64,000 nt of DNA, from positions 221,216,001 through 221,280,000 of the forward strand of contig OZ024743.1 in the NCBI GenBank assembly GCA_964016885.1, written 5' to 3'. Shown piece after piece: positions 1 to 14,598 of this stretch (its first letter is position 1; each line of letters begins with the position of its first letter). Source of the DNA: Eledone cirrhosa. Its lineage: Eukaryota. Both the position numbers and the translations under genes were made by a program. Under the pieces are notes generated by a model. That model saw nothing but the letters and a program-made list of their open reading frames with translations. It was not told where the DNA came from and ran no database searches.

Positions 1-319
1 ATGATTTTTCTTAAGCTCTATTGTTGTTTGTCTATTCATTTATCTGCTAGCTTTTTTCGTATTATTTTCTCCCACTCCTATTGCAAGTATGGTGTATAGG
101 GCTCATAGAGAAAAGCGTTAATAGGAAAAGTGCACGGATGAAATTTAAACCGGAAATTGAACAAACCGTCAGTTAGAAAATATAAGAAGGAAACAGAAAG
201 TATTTCGTGTATGCCATTGCATGATAAATGGCGGCTGAAGGCCAGAATATCACAAACGATCAAAGGTTTCTTTTTTCCGCCAGTGTTACAATGTTACTCG
301 ACTTGAAGAGCAACACATT

Positions 320-740
320 TCTTTCACTTCTTTATCTTTCTCTCTCTCTCTAGAATACACATGCTCTCTCTTTTTCTCTCTCGAATACGCATACTCAAAC
401 ATTTTCTCTCTCTCTCTCTCTCCCTCTTCCCTTCTCCTTTTAGCCCTCTCGCTTACTCTTTCTCGAATGCAAACGCTCTCTCTTTCGCCTTTTCTCTATC
501 TGTCCCTCTATTTCCCGTACATATACAGACATTTACTCTCTCACGCAAACACACACACACACGCACAAATACACACCCATGTTCTCTCTCATGTCTACAC
601 ACCTAGTTAGATACATATTCTCCCGCATACACATACACACTTTTCTATCCCGCACACATAGGCACACACACACACATACACACTTTCTCTCTCTCTCACA
701 CACACTCTCTCTCACTCTCGCTCTTTCTCACTCTCTGCTC
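320..740. repeat. (CT)n/(CA)n low-complexity tract
   Basis: Interrupted CT and CA dinucleotide runs. Confidence 0.85.
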
Positions 741-894
741 TTGTTACTGCCGTGTGTGGCCATCCATGAACAAAGGGAAAATATTTTGTAAGGGCTGATG
801 ATGATGAAATGAGTCGAAATAAAATGTTGCTTGTTGATATGTTTGCCCTAACAGAACAAACCCCCACCACCCATCTCGTCAGTCTTATAATTAT

Positions 895-996
895 GGTCAT
901 TGTTATCATCATCATCATCATCATCACTATTATTACTAATTCTATTGATGTTGTTGGTGGTGTTGTTGTGGTTGTGGTTGTTGTTGTTGTTTGTAT

Positions 997-1061
<65 letters not shown>

Positions 1062-1115
1062 ACACCAACACAACACCAACACTACTAGTGTTACTACTAC
1101 TACTGCTACTACTTT
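895..1115. repeat. Compound trinucleotide microsatellite (CAT)n/(GTT)n/(ACT)n
   Basis: Directly visible runs. Confidence 0.9.
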
Positions 1116-1240
1116 GTTCAGAGGAAATACTGGGAGTTGATACTTCAAAAGCGTTTTGATTGTACTTTTACTGTTGTGTAGTTCGTATTATGCAGTGCTC
1201 TATTTGTCGTTTACGAGTCGCCTTTATTGTCCATGTATCT

Positions 1241-4200
1241 CTTGTTGTAGTTGCTGTTGATGTGATGCTGTTGTAGTTGCTGTGTTGTTGTTGTTACTGT
1301 TGTGTGATGCTGTTGTAGTTGCTGTGTTGTTGTAGTTGCTGTTGATGTGATGCTGTTGTAGTTGCTGTGTTGTTGTTACTGTTGTGTGATGCTGTTGTTG
1401 TTGATGTGTTGTTGTTGTTACTGTTGATGTGATGCTGTTGTAGTTGCTGTGTTGTTGTTGTTACTGTTGTGTGATGCTGTTGTAGTTGCTGTGTTGTTGT
1501 TGTTACTGTTGTGTGATGCTGTTGTAGTTGCTGTGTTGTTGTTGTTACTGTTGTGTGATGCTGTTGTAGTTGCTGTGTTGTTGTTACTGTTGTGTGATGC
1601 TGTTGTTGTTGATGTGTTGTTGTTGTTACTGTTGATGTGATGCTGTTGTAGTTGCTGTGTTGTTGTTGTTACTGTTGTGTGATGCTCTTGTAGTTGCTGT
1701 GTTGTTGTTGTTACTGTTGATGTGATGCTGTTGTAGTTGCTGTGTTGTTGTTGTTACTGTTGTGTGATGCTGTTGTAGTTGCTGTGTTGTTGTTGTTACT
1801 GTTGTTGTGATGTTGTTGTAGTTGCTGTGTTGTTGTTACTGTTGTGTGATGCTGTTGTTGTTGTTACTGTTGATGTGATGTTGTTGTAGTTGCTGTGTTG
1901 TTGTAGTTGCTGTGTTGTTGTTGTTACTGTTGTGTGATGCTGTTGTAGTTGCTGTGTTGTTGTTGTTGTTACTGTTGATGTGATGTTGTTGTAGTTGCTG
2001 TGTTGTTGTTGTTACTGTTGATGTGATGTTGTTGTAGTTGCTGTGTTGTTGTTGTTACTGTTGATGTGATGTTGTAGTTGCTGTGTTGTTGTTGTTACTG
2101 TTGATGTGATGCTGTTGTAGTTGCTGTGTTGTTGTTGTTACTGTTGATGTGATGTTGTAGTTGCTGTGTTGTTGTTGTTGTTGTTACTGTTGATGTGATG
2201 CTGTTACTGCTGTTGGTGTTATTGTTGTTACTGTTGATGTGATGCTGTTGGTGTTGTCGTTGATGTTGTTGCTGCTGTTGATGTTGTTGTTGTTACTGTT
2301 GATGTGATGTTGTTGTAGTTGCTGTGTTGTTGTTGTTACTGTTGTTGTGATGTTGTTGTAGTTGCTGTGTTGTTGTTGTTACTGTTGTGTGATGCTGTTG
2401 TAGTTGCTGTGTTGTTGTTGTTGTTACTGTTGATGTGATGTTGTTGTAGTTGCTGTGTTGTTGTTGTTACTGTTGATGTGATGTTGTAGTTGCTGTGTTG
2501 TTGTTGTTACTGTTGATGTGATGTTGTAGTTGCTGTGTTGTTGTTGTTACTGTTGATGTGATGCTGTTGCTGCTGTTGGTGTTATTGTTGTTACTGTTGA
2601 TGTGATGCTGTTGGTGTTGTCGTTGATGTTGTTGCTGCTGTTGATGTTGTTGTTGTTACTGTTGATGTGATGTTGTTGCTGCTGTTGGTGTTGTTGTTGT
2701 TACTGTTGATGTGATGTTGTTGTTACTGTTGGTGTTGTTGTTGTTACTGTTGATGTGATGTTGTTGTTACTGTTGATGTGATGTTGTTGCTGCTGTGGTG
2801 TTGTTGTTGTTACTGTTGATGTGATGTTGTTGCTGCTGTTGGTGTTGTTGTTGTTACTGTTGATGTGATGTTGTTGTTACTGTTGGTGTTGTTGTTGTTA
2901 CTGTTGATGTGATGTTGTTACTGCTGTTGGTGTTGTTGTTGTTACTGTTGATGTGATGTTGTTGTTACTGTTTATGTGATGTTGTTACTGCTGTTGGTGT
3001 TGTTGTTGTTACTGTTGATGTGATGTTGTTGTTACTGTTGATGTGATGTTGTTACTGCTGTTGGTGTTATTGTTGTTACTGTTGATGTGATGTTGTTGCT
3101 GCTGTTGGTGTTGTTGTTGTTACTGTTGATGTGATGTTGTTGTTACTGTTGATGTGATGTTGTTGGTGTTGTTGGTGTTGTTGTTGTTGTTACTGTTGAT
3201 GTGATGTTGTTGTTACTGTTGGTGTTGTTGTTGTTACTGTTGATGTGATGTTGTTGCTGCTGTTGGTGTTGTTGTTGTTACTGTTGATGTGATGTTGTTA
3301 CTGCTGTTGGTGTTGTTGTTGTTACTGTTGATGTGATGTTGTTGTTACTGTTGATGTGTTGTTGTTACTGCTGTTGGTGTTGTTGTTGTTACTGTTGATG
3401 TGATGTTGTTGCTGCTGTTGGTGTTGTTGTTGTTAGTGTTGATGTGATGCTGTTGCTGCTGTTGGTGTTGTTGTTGTTGTTACTGTTGATGTGATGCTGT
3501 TGCTGCTGTTGATGTTGTTGTTGTTACTGTTGATGTGATGTTGTTGCTGCTGTTGGTGTTGTTGTTGTTACTGTTGATGTGATGCTGTTGCTGCTGTTGG
3601 TGTTGTTGTTGTTGTTACTGTTGATGTGATGCTGTTGCTGCTGTTGATGTTGTTGTTGTTACTGTTGATGTGATGTTGTTGGTGTTGTTGGTGTTGTTGG
3701 TGTTGTTGTTGTTACTGTTGATGTGATGTTGTTGCTGCTGTTGATGTTGTTGTTGTTACTGTTGATGTGATGTTGTTGGTGTTGTTGGTGTTGTTGGTGT
3801 TGTTGTTGTTACTGTTGATGTGATGTTGTTGGTGTTGTTGGTGTTGTTGTTGTTACTGTTGATGTGATGTTGTTGTTGTTGTTGGTGTTGTTGTTGTTAC
3901 TGTTGATGTGATGTTGTTGGTGTTGTTGGTGTTGTTGTTGTTACTGTTGATGTGATGTTGTTGGTGTTGTTGGTGTTGTTGTTGTTACTGTTGGTGTGAT
4001 GTTGTTGGTGTTGTTGGTGTTGTTGTTGTTACTGTTGATGGTGTTGTTGGTGTTGTTGTTGTTACTGTTGATGTGATGTTGTTGGTGTTGTTGGTGTTGT
4101 TGTTGTTACTGTTGATGTGATGTTGTTGGTGTTGTTGGTGTTGTTGTTGTTACTGTTGATGTGATGTTGTTGTTGTTGTTGGTGTTGTTGTTGTTACTGT

Positions 4201-7200
4201 TGATGTGATGTTGTTGGTGTTGTTGGTGTTGTTGTTGTTACTGTTGATGTGATGTTGTTGTTGTTGTTGGTGTTGTTGTTGTTACTGTTGATGTGATGTT
4301 GTTGGTGTTGTTGGTGTTGTTGTTGTTACTGTTGATGTGATGTTGTTGGTGTTGTTGGTGTTGTTGTTGTTACTGTTGGTGTGATGTTGTTGGTGTTGTT
4401 GGTGTTGTTGTTGTTACTGTTGATGTGATGTTGTTGGTGTTGTTGGTGTTGTTGTTGTTACTGTTGATGTGATGTTGTTGGTGTTGTTGGTGTTGTTGTT
4501 GTTACTGTTGATGTGATGTTGTTGGTGTTGTTGGTGTTGTTGTTGTTACTGTTGATGTGATGTTGTTGGTGTTGTTGGTGTTGTTGTTGTTACTGTTGAT
4601 GTGATGTTGTTGTTGTTGTTGGTGTTGTTGTTGTTACTGTTGATGTGATGTTGTTGGTGTTGTTGGTGTTGTTGTTGTTACTGTTGATGTGATGTTGTTG
4701 GTGTTGTTGGTGTTGTTGTTGTTACTGTTGATGTGATGTTGTTGGTGTTGTTGGTGTTGTTGTTGTTACTGTTGATGTGATGTTGTTGGTGTTGTTGGTG
4801 TTGTTGTTGTTACTGTTGGTGTGATGTTGTTACTGCTGTTGGTGTTGTTGTTGTTACTGTTGATGTGATGTTGTTGTTACTGTTGATGTGTTGTTGTTAC
4901 TGCTGTTGGTGTTGTTGTTGTTACTGTTGATGTGATGTTGTGGCTGCTGTTGGTGTTGTTGTTGTTACTGTTGATGTGATGCTGTTGCTGCTGTTGGTGT
5001 TGTTGTTGTTGTTACTGTTGATGTGATGCTGTTGTTGCTGTTGGTGTTGTTGTTGTTGTTGTTACTGTTGATGTGATGTTGTTGCTGCTGTTGGTGTTGT
5101 TGTTGTTACTGTTGATGTGATGTTGTTGCTGCAGTTGGTGTTGTTGTTGTTACTGTTGATGTGATGTTGTTGGTGTTGTTGGTGTTGTTGTTGTTACTGT
5201 TGATGTGATGTTGTTGGTGTTGTTGGTGTTGTTGTTGTTACTGTTGATGTGATGTTGTTGGTGTTGTTGGTGTTGTTGTTGTTACTGTTGGTGTGATGTT
5301 GTTGGTGTTGTTGGTGTTGTTGTTGTTACTGTTGATGTGATGTTGTTACTGCTGTTGGTGTTGTTGTTGTTACTGTTGATGTGATGTTGTTGTTACTGTT
5401 GGTGTTGTTGTTGTTACTGTTGATGTGATGTTGTTGTTACTGTTGATGTGATGCTGTTACTGATGTTGGTGTTGTTGTTGTTACTGTTGATGTGATGTTG
5501 TTGCTGCTGTTGGTGTTGTTGTTGTTACTGTTGATGTGATGTTGTTGTTACTGTTGATGTGATGCTGTTACTGCTGTTGGTGTTGTTGTTGTTACTGTTG
5601 ATGTGATGCTGTTACTGCTGTTGGTGTTGTTGTTGTTACTGTTGATGTGATGTTGTTGCTGCTGTTGGTGTTGTTGTTGTTACTGTTGGTGTGATGTTGT
5701 TGCTGCTGTTGGTGCTGTTGTTGTTACTGTTGATGTGATGTTGTTGGTGTTGTTGGTGTTGTTGTTGTTACTGTTGATGTGATGTTGTTGTTACTGTTGA
5801 TGTGATGTTGTTGTTACTGTTGATGTGATGTTGTTGCTGCTGTTGGTGTTGTTGTTGTTACTGTTGGTGTGATGTTGTTGCTGCTGTTGGTGTTGTTGTT
5901 GTTACTGTTGATGTGATGTTGTTGCTACTGTTGATGTGATGTTGTTGTTACTGTTGATGTGATGTTGTTGGTGTTGTTGGTGTTGTTGTTGTTACTGTTG
6001 ATGTGATGTTGTTGCTGCTGTTGGTGTTGTTGTTGTTACTGTTGTTGTGATGTTGTTACTGCTGTTGGTGTTGTTGTTGTTACTGTTGATGTGATGTTGT
6101 TACTGTTGGTGTTGTTGTTGTTACTGTTGATGTGATGTTGTTGCTGCTGTTGGTGTTGTTGTTGTTACTGTTGTTGTGATGTTGTTGCTGCTGTTGGTGT
6201 TGTTGTTGTTACTGTTGATGTGATGTTGTTGGTGTTGTTGGTGTTGTTGTTGTTACTGTTGATGTGATGTTGTTGTTACTGTTGATGTGATGTTGTTGTT
6301 ACTGTTGATGTGATGTTGTTGGTGTTGTTGGTGTTGTTGTTGTTACTGTTGATGTGATGTTGTTGTTACTGTTGATGTGATGTTGTTGTTACTGTTGATG
6401 TGATGTTGTTGGTGTTGTTGGTGTTGTTGTTGTTACTGTTGATGTGATGTTGTTGTTACTGTTGATGTGATGTTGTTGCTGCTGTTGGTGTTGTTGTTGT
6501 TACTGTTGGTGTGATGTTGTTGTTACTGTTGATGTGATGTTGTTGTTACTGTTGATGTGATGTTGTTGGTGTTGTTGGTGTTGTTGTTGTTACTGTTGAT
6601 GTGATGTTGTTGTTACTGTTGATGTGATGTTGTTGTTACTGTTGATGTGATGTTGTTGCTGCTGTTGGTGTTGTTGTTGTTACTGTTGATGTGATGTTGT
6701 TGCTACTGTTGATGTGATGTTGTTGTTACTGTTGATGTGATGTTGTTGGTGTTGTTGGTGTTGTTGTTGTTACTGTTGATGTGATGTTGTTGTTACTGTT
6801 GATGTGATGTTGTTGTTACTGTTGATGTGATGTTGTTGGTGTTGTTGGTGTTGTTGTTGTTACTGTTGATGTGATGTTGTTGTTACTGTTGATGTGATGT
6901 TGTTGTTACTGTTGATGTGATGTTGTTGCTGCTGTTGGTGTTGTTGTTGTTACTGTTGATGTGATGTTGTTGCTACTGTTGATGTGATGTTGTTGTTACT
7001 GTTGATGTGATGTTGTTGGTGTTGTTGGTGTTGTTGTTGTTACTGTTGATGTGATGTTGTTGTTACTGTTGATGTGATGTTGTTGCTGCTGTTGGTGTTG
7101 TTGTTGTTACTGTTGGTGTGATGTTGTTGCTGCTGTTGGTGTTGTTGTTGTTACTGTTGATGTGATGTTGTTGCTACTGTTGATGTGATGTTGTTGTTAC

Positions 7201-10200
7201 TGTTGATGTGATGTTGTTGGTGTTGTTGGTGTTGTTGTTGTTACTGTTGATGTGATGTTGTTACTGCTGTTGGTGTTGTTGTTGTTACTGTTGATGTGAT
7301 GTTGTTACTGTTGGTGTTGTTGTTGTTACTGTTGATGTGATGTTGTTGCTGCTGTTGGTGTTGTTGTTGTTACTGTTGTTGTGATGTTGTTGCTGCTGTT
7401 GGTGTTGTTGTTGTTACTGTTGATGTGATGTTGTTGCTGCTGTTGGTGTTGTTGTTGTTACTGTTGATGTGATGTTGTTGCTGCTGTTGGTGTTATTGTT
7501 GTTACTGTTGATGTGATGTTGTTGCTGCTGTTGGTGTTGTTGTTGTTACTGTTGATGTGATGTTGTTGCTGCTGTTGGTGTTGTTGTTGTTACTGTTGAT
7601 GTGATGTTGTTGCTGCTGTTGGTGTTGTTGTTGTTACTGTTGATGTGATGTTGTTGCTGCTGTTGGTGTTGTTGTTGTTACTGTTGATGTGATGTTGTTA
7701 CTGTTGGTGTTGTTGTTGTTACTGTTGATGTGATGTTGTTGCTGCTGTTGGTGTTGTTGTTGTTACTGTTGATGTGATGTTGTTGCTGCTGTTGGTGTTG
7801 TTGTTGTTACTGTTGATGTGATGTTGTTGCTGCTGTTGGTGTTGTTGTTGTTACTGTTGGTGTGATGTTGTTGCTGCTGTTGGTGTTGTTGTTGTTACTG
7901 TTGATGTGATGTTGTTGCTACTGTTGATGTGATGTTGTTGTTACTATTGATGTGATGTTGTTGGTGTTGTTGGTGTTGTTGTTGTTACTGTTGATGTGAT
8001 GTTGTTACTGCTGTTGGTGTTGTTGTTGTTACTGTTGATGTGATGTTGTTGTTACTGTTGATGTGATGCTGTTACTGCTGTTGGTGTTGTTGTTGTTACT
8101 GTTGATGTGATGTTGTTGCTGCTGTTGATGTTGTTGTTGTTACTGTTGATGTGATGTTGTTGGTGTTGTTGGTGTTGTTGGTGTTGTTGTTGTTACTGTT
8201 GATGTGATGTTGTTGGTGTTGTTGGTGTTGTTGTTGTTACTGTTGATGTGATGTTGTTGTTGCTGTTGGTGTTGTTGTTGTTACTGTTGATGTGATGTTG
8301 TTGCTGCTGTTGGTGTTGTTGTTGTTACTGTTGATGTGATGTTGTTGCTGCTGTTGGTGTTGTTGTTGTTACTGTTGATGTGATGTTGTTGTTGCTGTTG
8401 GTGTTGTTGTTGTTACTGTTGATGTGATGTTGTTGCTGCTGTTGGTGTTGTTGTTGTTACTGTTGATGTGATGTTGTTGCTGCTGTTGGTGTTGTTGTTG
8501 TTACTGTTGATGTGATGTTGTTGGTGTTGTTGGTGTTGTTGTTGTTACTGATGTTGGTGTTGTTGTTGTTACTGTTGATGTGATGTTGTTGCTGCTGTTG
8601 GTGTTGTTGTTGTTACTGTTGGTGTGATGTTGTTGCTGCTGTTGGTGTTGTTGTTGTTACTGTTGATGTGATGTTGTTGGTGTTGTTGGTGTTGTTGTTG
8701 TTACTGATGTTGGTGTTGTTGTTGTTACTGTTGATGTGATGTTGTTGCTGCTGTTGGTGTTGTTGTTGTTACTGTTGGTGTGATGTTGTTGCTGCTGTTG
8801 GTGTTGTTGTTGTTACTGTTGATGTGATGTTGTTGCTGCTGTTGGTGTTGTTGTTGTTACTGTTGATGTGATGTTGTTGCTGCAGTTGGTGTTGTTGTTG
8901 TTACTGTTGATGTGATGTTGTTGCTGCTGTTGGTGTTGTTGTTGTTACTGTTGATGTGATGTTGTTGTTGCTGTTGGTGTTGTTGTTGTTACTGTTGATG
9001 TGATGTTGTTGGTGTTGTTGGTGTTGTTGTTGTTACTGTTGGTGTGATGTTGTTGCTGCTGTTGGTGTTGTTGTTGTTACTGTTGATGTGATGTTGTTGT
9101 TGCTGTTGGTGTTGTTGTTGTTACTGTTGATGTGATGTTGTTGGTGTTGTTGGTGTTGTTGTTGTTACTGTTGGTGTGATGTTGTTGCTGCTGTTGGTGT
9201 TGTTGTTGTTACTGTTGATGTGATGTTGTTGGTGTTGTTGGTGTTGTTGTTGTTACTGTTGATGTGATGTTGTTGGTGTTGTTGGTGTTGTTGTTGTTAC
9301 TGTTGTTGTGATGTTGTTGCTGCTGTTGGTGTTGTTGTTGTTACTGTTGATGTGATGTTGTTACTGTTGGTGTTGTTGTTGTTACTGTTGATGTGATGTT
9401 GTTGCTGCTGTTGGTGTTGTTGTTGTTACTGTTGATGTGATGTTGTTGCTGCTGTTGGTGTTGTTGTTACTGTTGATGTGATGTTGTTGCTGCTGTTGGT
9501 GTTGTTGTTGTTACTGTTGATGTGATGTTGCTGCTGTTGGTGTTGTTGTTGTTACTGTTGGTGTGATGTTGTTGCTGCTGTTGGTGTTGTTGTTGTTACT
9601 GTTGATGTGATGTTGTTGGTGTTGTTGGTGTTGTTGTTGTTGTTACTGTTGATGTGATGTTGTTGCTGCTGTTGGTGTTGTTGTTGTTACTGTTGATGTG
9701 ATGTTGTTGCTGCTGTTGGTGTTGTTGTTGTTACTGTTGGTGTGATGTTGCTGCTGTTGGTGTTGTTGTTGTTACTGTTGGTGTGATGTTGTTGCTGCTG
9801 TTGGTGTTGTTGTTGTTACTGTTGATGTGATGTTGTTGGTGTTGTTGGTGTTGTTGTTGTTACTGTTGATGTGATGTTGTTGCTGCTGTTGGTGTTGTTG
9901 TTGTTACTGTTGATGTGATGTTGTTGCTGCTGTTGGTGTTGTTGTTGTTACTGTTGATGTGATGTTGTTGCTGCTGTTGGTGTTGTTGTTGTTACTGTTG
10001 GTGTGATGTTGTTGCTGCTGTTGGTGTTGTTGTTGTTACTGTTGATGTGATGTTGTTGCTGCTGTTGGTGTTGTTGTTGTTACTGTTGGTGTGATGTTGT
10101 TGCTGCTGTTGGTGTTGTTGTTGTTACTGTTGATGTGATGTTGTTGCTGCTGTTGGTGTTGTTGTTGTTACTGTTGGTGTGATGTTGTTGCTGCTGTTGG

Positions 10201-12455
10201 TGTTGTTGTTGTTACTGTTGATGTGATGTTGTTGGTGTTGTTGGTGTTGTTGTTGTTGTTACTGTTGATGTGATGTTGTTGCTGCTGTTGGTGTTGTTGT
10301 TGTTACTGTTGATGTGATGTTGTTGCTGCTGTTGGTGTTGTTGTTGTTACTGTTGATGTGATGTTGTTGCTGCTGTTGGTGTTGTTGTTGTTACTGTTGG
10401 TGTGATGTTGTTGCTGCTGTTGGTGTTGTTGTTGTTACTGTTGGTGTGATGTTGTTGCTGCTGTTGGTGTTGTTGTTGTTACTGTTGGTGTGATGTTGTT
10501 GCTGCTGTTGGTGTTGTTGTTGTTGTTACTGTTGATGTGATGTTGTTGCTGCTGTTGGTGTTGTTGTTGTTGTTACTGTTGATGTGATGTTGTTGCTGCT
10601 GTTGGTGTTGTTGTTGTTATTGTTGGTGTGATGTTGTTGCTGCTGTTGGTGTTGTTGTTGTTACTGTTGATGTGATGTTGTTGGTGTTGTTGGTGTTGTT
10701 GTTGTTACTGTTGATGTGATGTTGTTGGTGTTGTTGGTGTTGTTGTTGTTACTGTTGATGTGATGTTGTTGGTGTTGTTGGTGTTGTTGTTGTTACTGTT
10801 GATGTGATGTTGTTGCTGCTGTTGGTGTTGTTGTTGTTATTGTTGGTGTGATGTTGTTGCTGCTGTTGGTGTTGTTGTTGTTACTGTTGATGTGATGTTG
10901 TTGGTGTTGTTGGTGTTGTTGTTGTTACTGTTGATGTGATGTTGTTGGTGTTGTTGGTGTTGTTGTTGTTACTGTTGATGTGATGTTGTTGGTGTTGTTG
11001 GTGTTGTTGTTGTTACTGTTGATGTGATGTTGTTGCTGCTGTTGGTGTTGTTGTTGTTATTGTTGGTGTGATGTTGTTGCTGCTGTTGGTGTTGTTGTTG
11101 TTATTGTTGGTGTGATGTTGTTGCTGCTGTTGGTGTTGTTGTTGTTACTGTTGATGTGATGTTGTTGGTGTTGTTGGTGTTGTTGTTGTTACTGTTGATG
11201 TGATGTTGTTGGTGTTGTTGGTGTTGTTGTTGTTACTGTTGATGTGATGTTGTTGGTGTTGTTGGTGTTGTTGTTGTTGTTACTGTTGATGTGATGTTGT
11301 TGCTGCTGTTGGTGTTGTTGTTGTTATTGTTGGTGTGATGTTGTTGCTGCTGTTGGTGTTGTTGTTGTTACTGTTGATGTGATGTTGTTGGTGTTGTTGG
11401 TGTTGTTGTTGTTACTGTTGATGTGATGTTGTTGGTGTTGTTGGTGTTGTTGTTGTTACTGTTGATGTGATGTTGTTGGTGTTGTTGGTGTTGTTGTTGT
11501 TACTGTTGATGTGATGTTGTTGCTGCTGTTGGTGTTGTTGTTGTTATTGTTGGTGTGATGTTGTTGCTGCTGTTGGTGTTGTTGTTGTTACTGTTGATGT
11601 GATGTTGTTGCTGCTGTTGGTGTTGTTGTTGTTACTGTTGGTGTGATGTTGTTGCTGCTGTTGGTGTTGTTGTTGTTACTGTTGATGTGATGTTGTTACT
11701 GCTGTTGGTGTTGTTACTGTTGATGTGATGTTGTTGCTGCTGTTGGTGTTGTTGTTGTTACTGTTGATGTGATGTTGTTGGTGTTGTTGGTGTTGTTGTT
11801 GTTGTTACTGTTGATGTGATGTTGTTGCTGCTGTTGGTGTTGTTGTTGTTACTGTTGATGTGATGTTGTTACTGTTGGTGTTGTTGTTGTTACTGTTGAT
11901 GTGATGTTGTTGCTGCTGTTGGTGTTGTTGTTGTTACTGTTGATGTGATGTTGTTACTGTTGGTGTTGTTGTTGTTACTGTTGATGTGATGTTGTTGCTG
12001 CTGTTGGTGTTGTTGTTGTTACTGTTGATGTGATGTTGTTGCTGCTGTTGGTGTTGTTGTTGTTACTGTTGGTGTGATGTTGTTGCTGCTGTTGGTGTTG
12101 TTGTTGTTACTGTTGATGTGATGTTGTTACTGCTGTTGGTGTTGTTGTTGTTACTGTTGATGTGATGTTGTTGCTGCTGTTGATGTTGTTGTTGTTACTG
12201 TTGATGTGATGTTGTTGGTGTTGTTGGTGTTGTTGTTGTTGCTGCTGTTGGTGTTGTTGTTGTTACTGTTGATGTGATGTTGTTGCTGCTGTTGATGTTG
12301 TTGTTGTTACTGTTGATGTGATGCTGTTGCTGCTGTTGGTGTTGTTGTTGTTACTGTTGATGTGATATTGTTGCTGCTGTTGGTGTTGTTGTTGTTACTG
12401 TTGATGTGATGCTGTTGCTGCTGTTGGTGTTGTTGTTGTTACTGTTGGTGTTGTT
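1241..12455. repeat. ~11.2 kb GTT-derived minisatellite; main unit 44 bp, with 42 bp and 23 bp variants
   Basis: Unit GTTACTGTTGATGTGATGTTGTTGCTGCTGTTGGTGTTGTTGTT repeated in tandem with regional variants. Confidence 0.97.
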
Positions 12456-13025
12456 GATGGTAGTGGTGGTCGTGGTGGTGGTGGTAGTACCGGTGGTGGT
12501 GGTGATGGTTCACTGGTAGTAGGGTAATTATAGTGTTGATGGTGGTGATGGTGATGGTGGCGGGGGTGTTGTTGATGGTAGTGGTGGTGGTAGTGACGGT
12601 GGTGGTGGTGATGGTTCACTGGTAGTAGGGTAATTATAGTGTTGATGGTGGTGATGGTGGTGTGGTGACGGTGTTGTTGATGGTAGTGGTGGTCGTTGTG
12701 GTAGTGGTGGTAGTGACGGTGGTGGTGGAGGTGATGGTGGTGGTGATGGCGGTGGGGGTAACGGTGGTGTTGATGGTAGTGGTGGTAGTGCTGATGGTGG
12801 TGACGGTGGTGGTGGTGATGGTGTAGGGGGTAGGGGTGGTAGTGGTGGTGATGGTGGTGGTGATGGTGGTGATGGTGGTGATGGTGGTGGTATTGGTGGC
12901 GGTGGTGGTGGTGGTGGTGGTGGTAGTGGTGATGGTGGTGGTGATGGTGGTGATGGTGGTGGTGGTGGTGATGGTGGTGATGATTGGCGTGGTGGTGATG
13001 ATGATGGGGGTGAAGGTGATGATGT
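12456..13025. repeat. (GGT/GAT)n low-complexity tract with an internal ~105 bp duplication
   Basis: GATGGTTCACTGGTAGTAGGGTAATTATAGTGTTGATGG occurs at ~12503 and ~12610. Confidence 0.9.
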
Positions 13026-13509
13026 AAGATGGCGTATTGAGGGAGTAATTAATGGAAGTTGTATACACACACATGCAGATAGATAAACACACCACACATA
13101 TACACGAACATTTATATACATGTATGTGTGTATGTATGCATATATATATATATCATAAATAATGTCTTTAGAATCACTAGATATAATATATACCATTTCC
13201 TCTCCCAATTAGCATAATTAACCATATAAAAAATCAATTAGACCAAGCTATAAGAATAAAGGCTCCTATGAAGAAATCTTCGACAAATAACCGAAAGCAG
13301 CCTCTGATTATTTAATTTATTAATTCTTCATTGAGCCAAAACGTGACAGGTTGCAAAACATATATATCTATGACTTTGTATATATGTAAACCTTTATATA
13401 TATATGTATATATATACATGCACACACAAACACAAATACACATACACACTCACACTCACACACACGTATATGTGTGTGTGTATATATATATATGTATATA
13501 TATACATCG

Positions 13510-13574
<65 letters not shown>

Positions 13575-14038
13575 TATTGAAGTTTGCTTGAAGCATTGTG
13601 GAATAATAGGTAAATATCTTTAAGTCGTTTAGAAGCCTCGACAATGCAAATGGGTAAATCTCCGGGTAACAAGATCCGGTGGTGGAGAGAGAGATGTAAG
13701 TGGGTGTACGTTGAGATGCGTGGTGTGTATAAGACGTGTAGAGGAATGAAGGAAAGAGTATAAAGGATAAAATAAAAATAACAACACGAGAGAGAGTTAC
13801 TTTGGGAGAGATTTAATTGTCCCTATATATTTCGGATTCACATCCATCAACTGGGGTTTTTTTCCGGGGTGGGGGAAAGGTTGTCTGTCGAAAAGGTGCA
13901 AAACGCGTCCTCCGCTGTTTGTTGTTTTGAATATATATATATATCTACGGTTCTTATATATTTGATATATATTTATCCTTATCGAGCCCTCTTTGGATTT
14001 TAGTCTTCAAATTTATTATTATTACTATATATATATAT

Positions 14039-14184
14039 GTGAAAAGATTCAGGTACGGATCTAGCAGTCGAAACGGCCGGAGCACTGCCGTCGGGGTCCT
14101 TAATCTTTTCATATTACCCACTCTACTACCTCATGTAGAACTCTGGTGGGTTATGGTCTAGCTGGTTTTTACCACACCCTATCA
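14039..14184 (+). mobile_element. (TA)n-embedded hairpin+tail element, degenerate copy A
   Basis: GTCGAAACGGCCGGAGC..GTCGGGGTCC..ATTACCCACTCTACTACCTC..TTATGGTC..TTACCACA matches the copy at 17057; left arm partly deleted; TA runs on both sides. Confidence 0.8.
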
Positions 14185-14211
14185 TATATATATATGTACA
14201 TATATGTGAGT

Positions 14212-14263
<52 letters not shown>

Positions 14264-14598
14264 TATACTTGGGGAGGGTCATATTTGTGTAATAGTATTG
14301 CCAGAATTAATAACAGAACACACTCACTGTTTGGTTGGTTTTCGCTTCTGTGTCTTTTATATCGGTTAATTTAATTTTTTTTTATTCGGTCCTCAATGTT
14401 ACCATTGACTGACCAACGGTCAAAAATACAGATATAATATAGACACAAACACATATATATATTCTAACAAAGTTCTTTCGTTGGACATCTGCAACATCGT
14501 CAGTGGTGCTATTATGTTTCCTCCCGTTGTATTGTATGCCTACGCCATCTTTATTTAGTATGTTTATTTATTTATTTTTATTTTATTTTTTTTTTTTT

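Noticed and set aside
1241-12455. Mucin-like or polyQ coding repeat, or telomeric array
   Set aside because: The 44 bp unit is not a multiple of 3 and includes stops on both strands; no TTAGGG motif.
12528-13208. Extensin-like Pro/Ser-rich ORF
   Set aside because: Translation of (CAC/CAT)n low complexity, with a microsatellite N-terminus and no splice or domain evidence.
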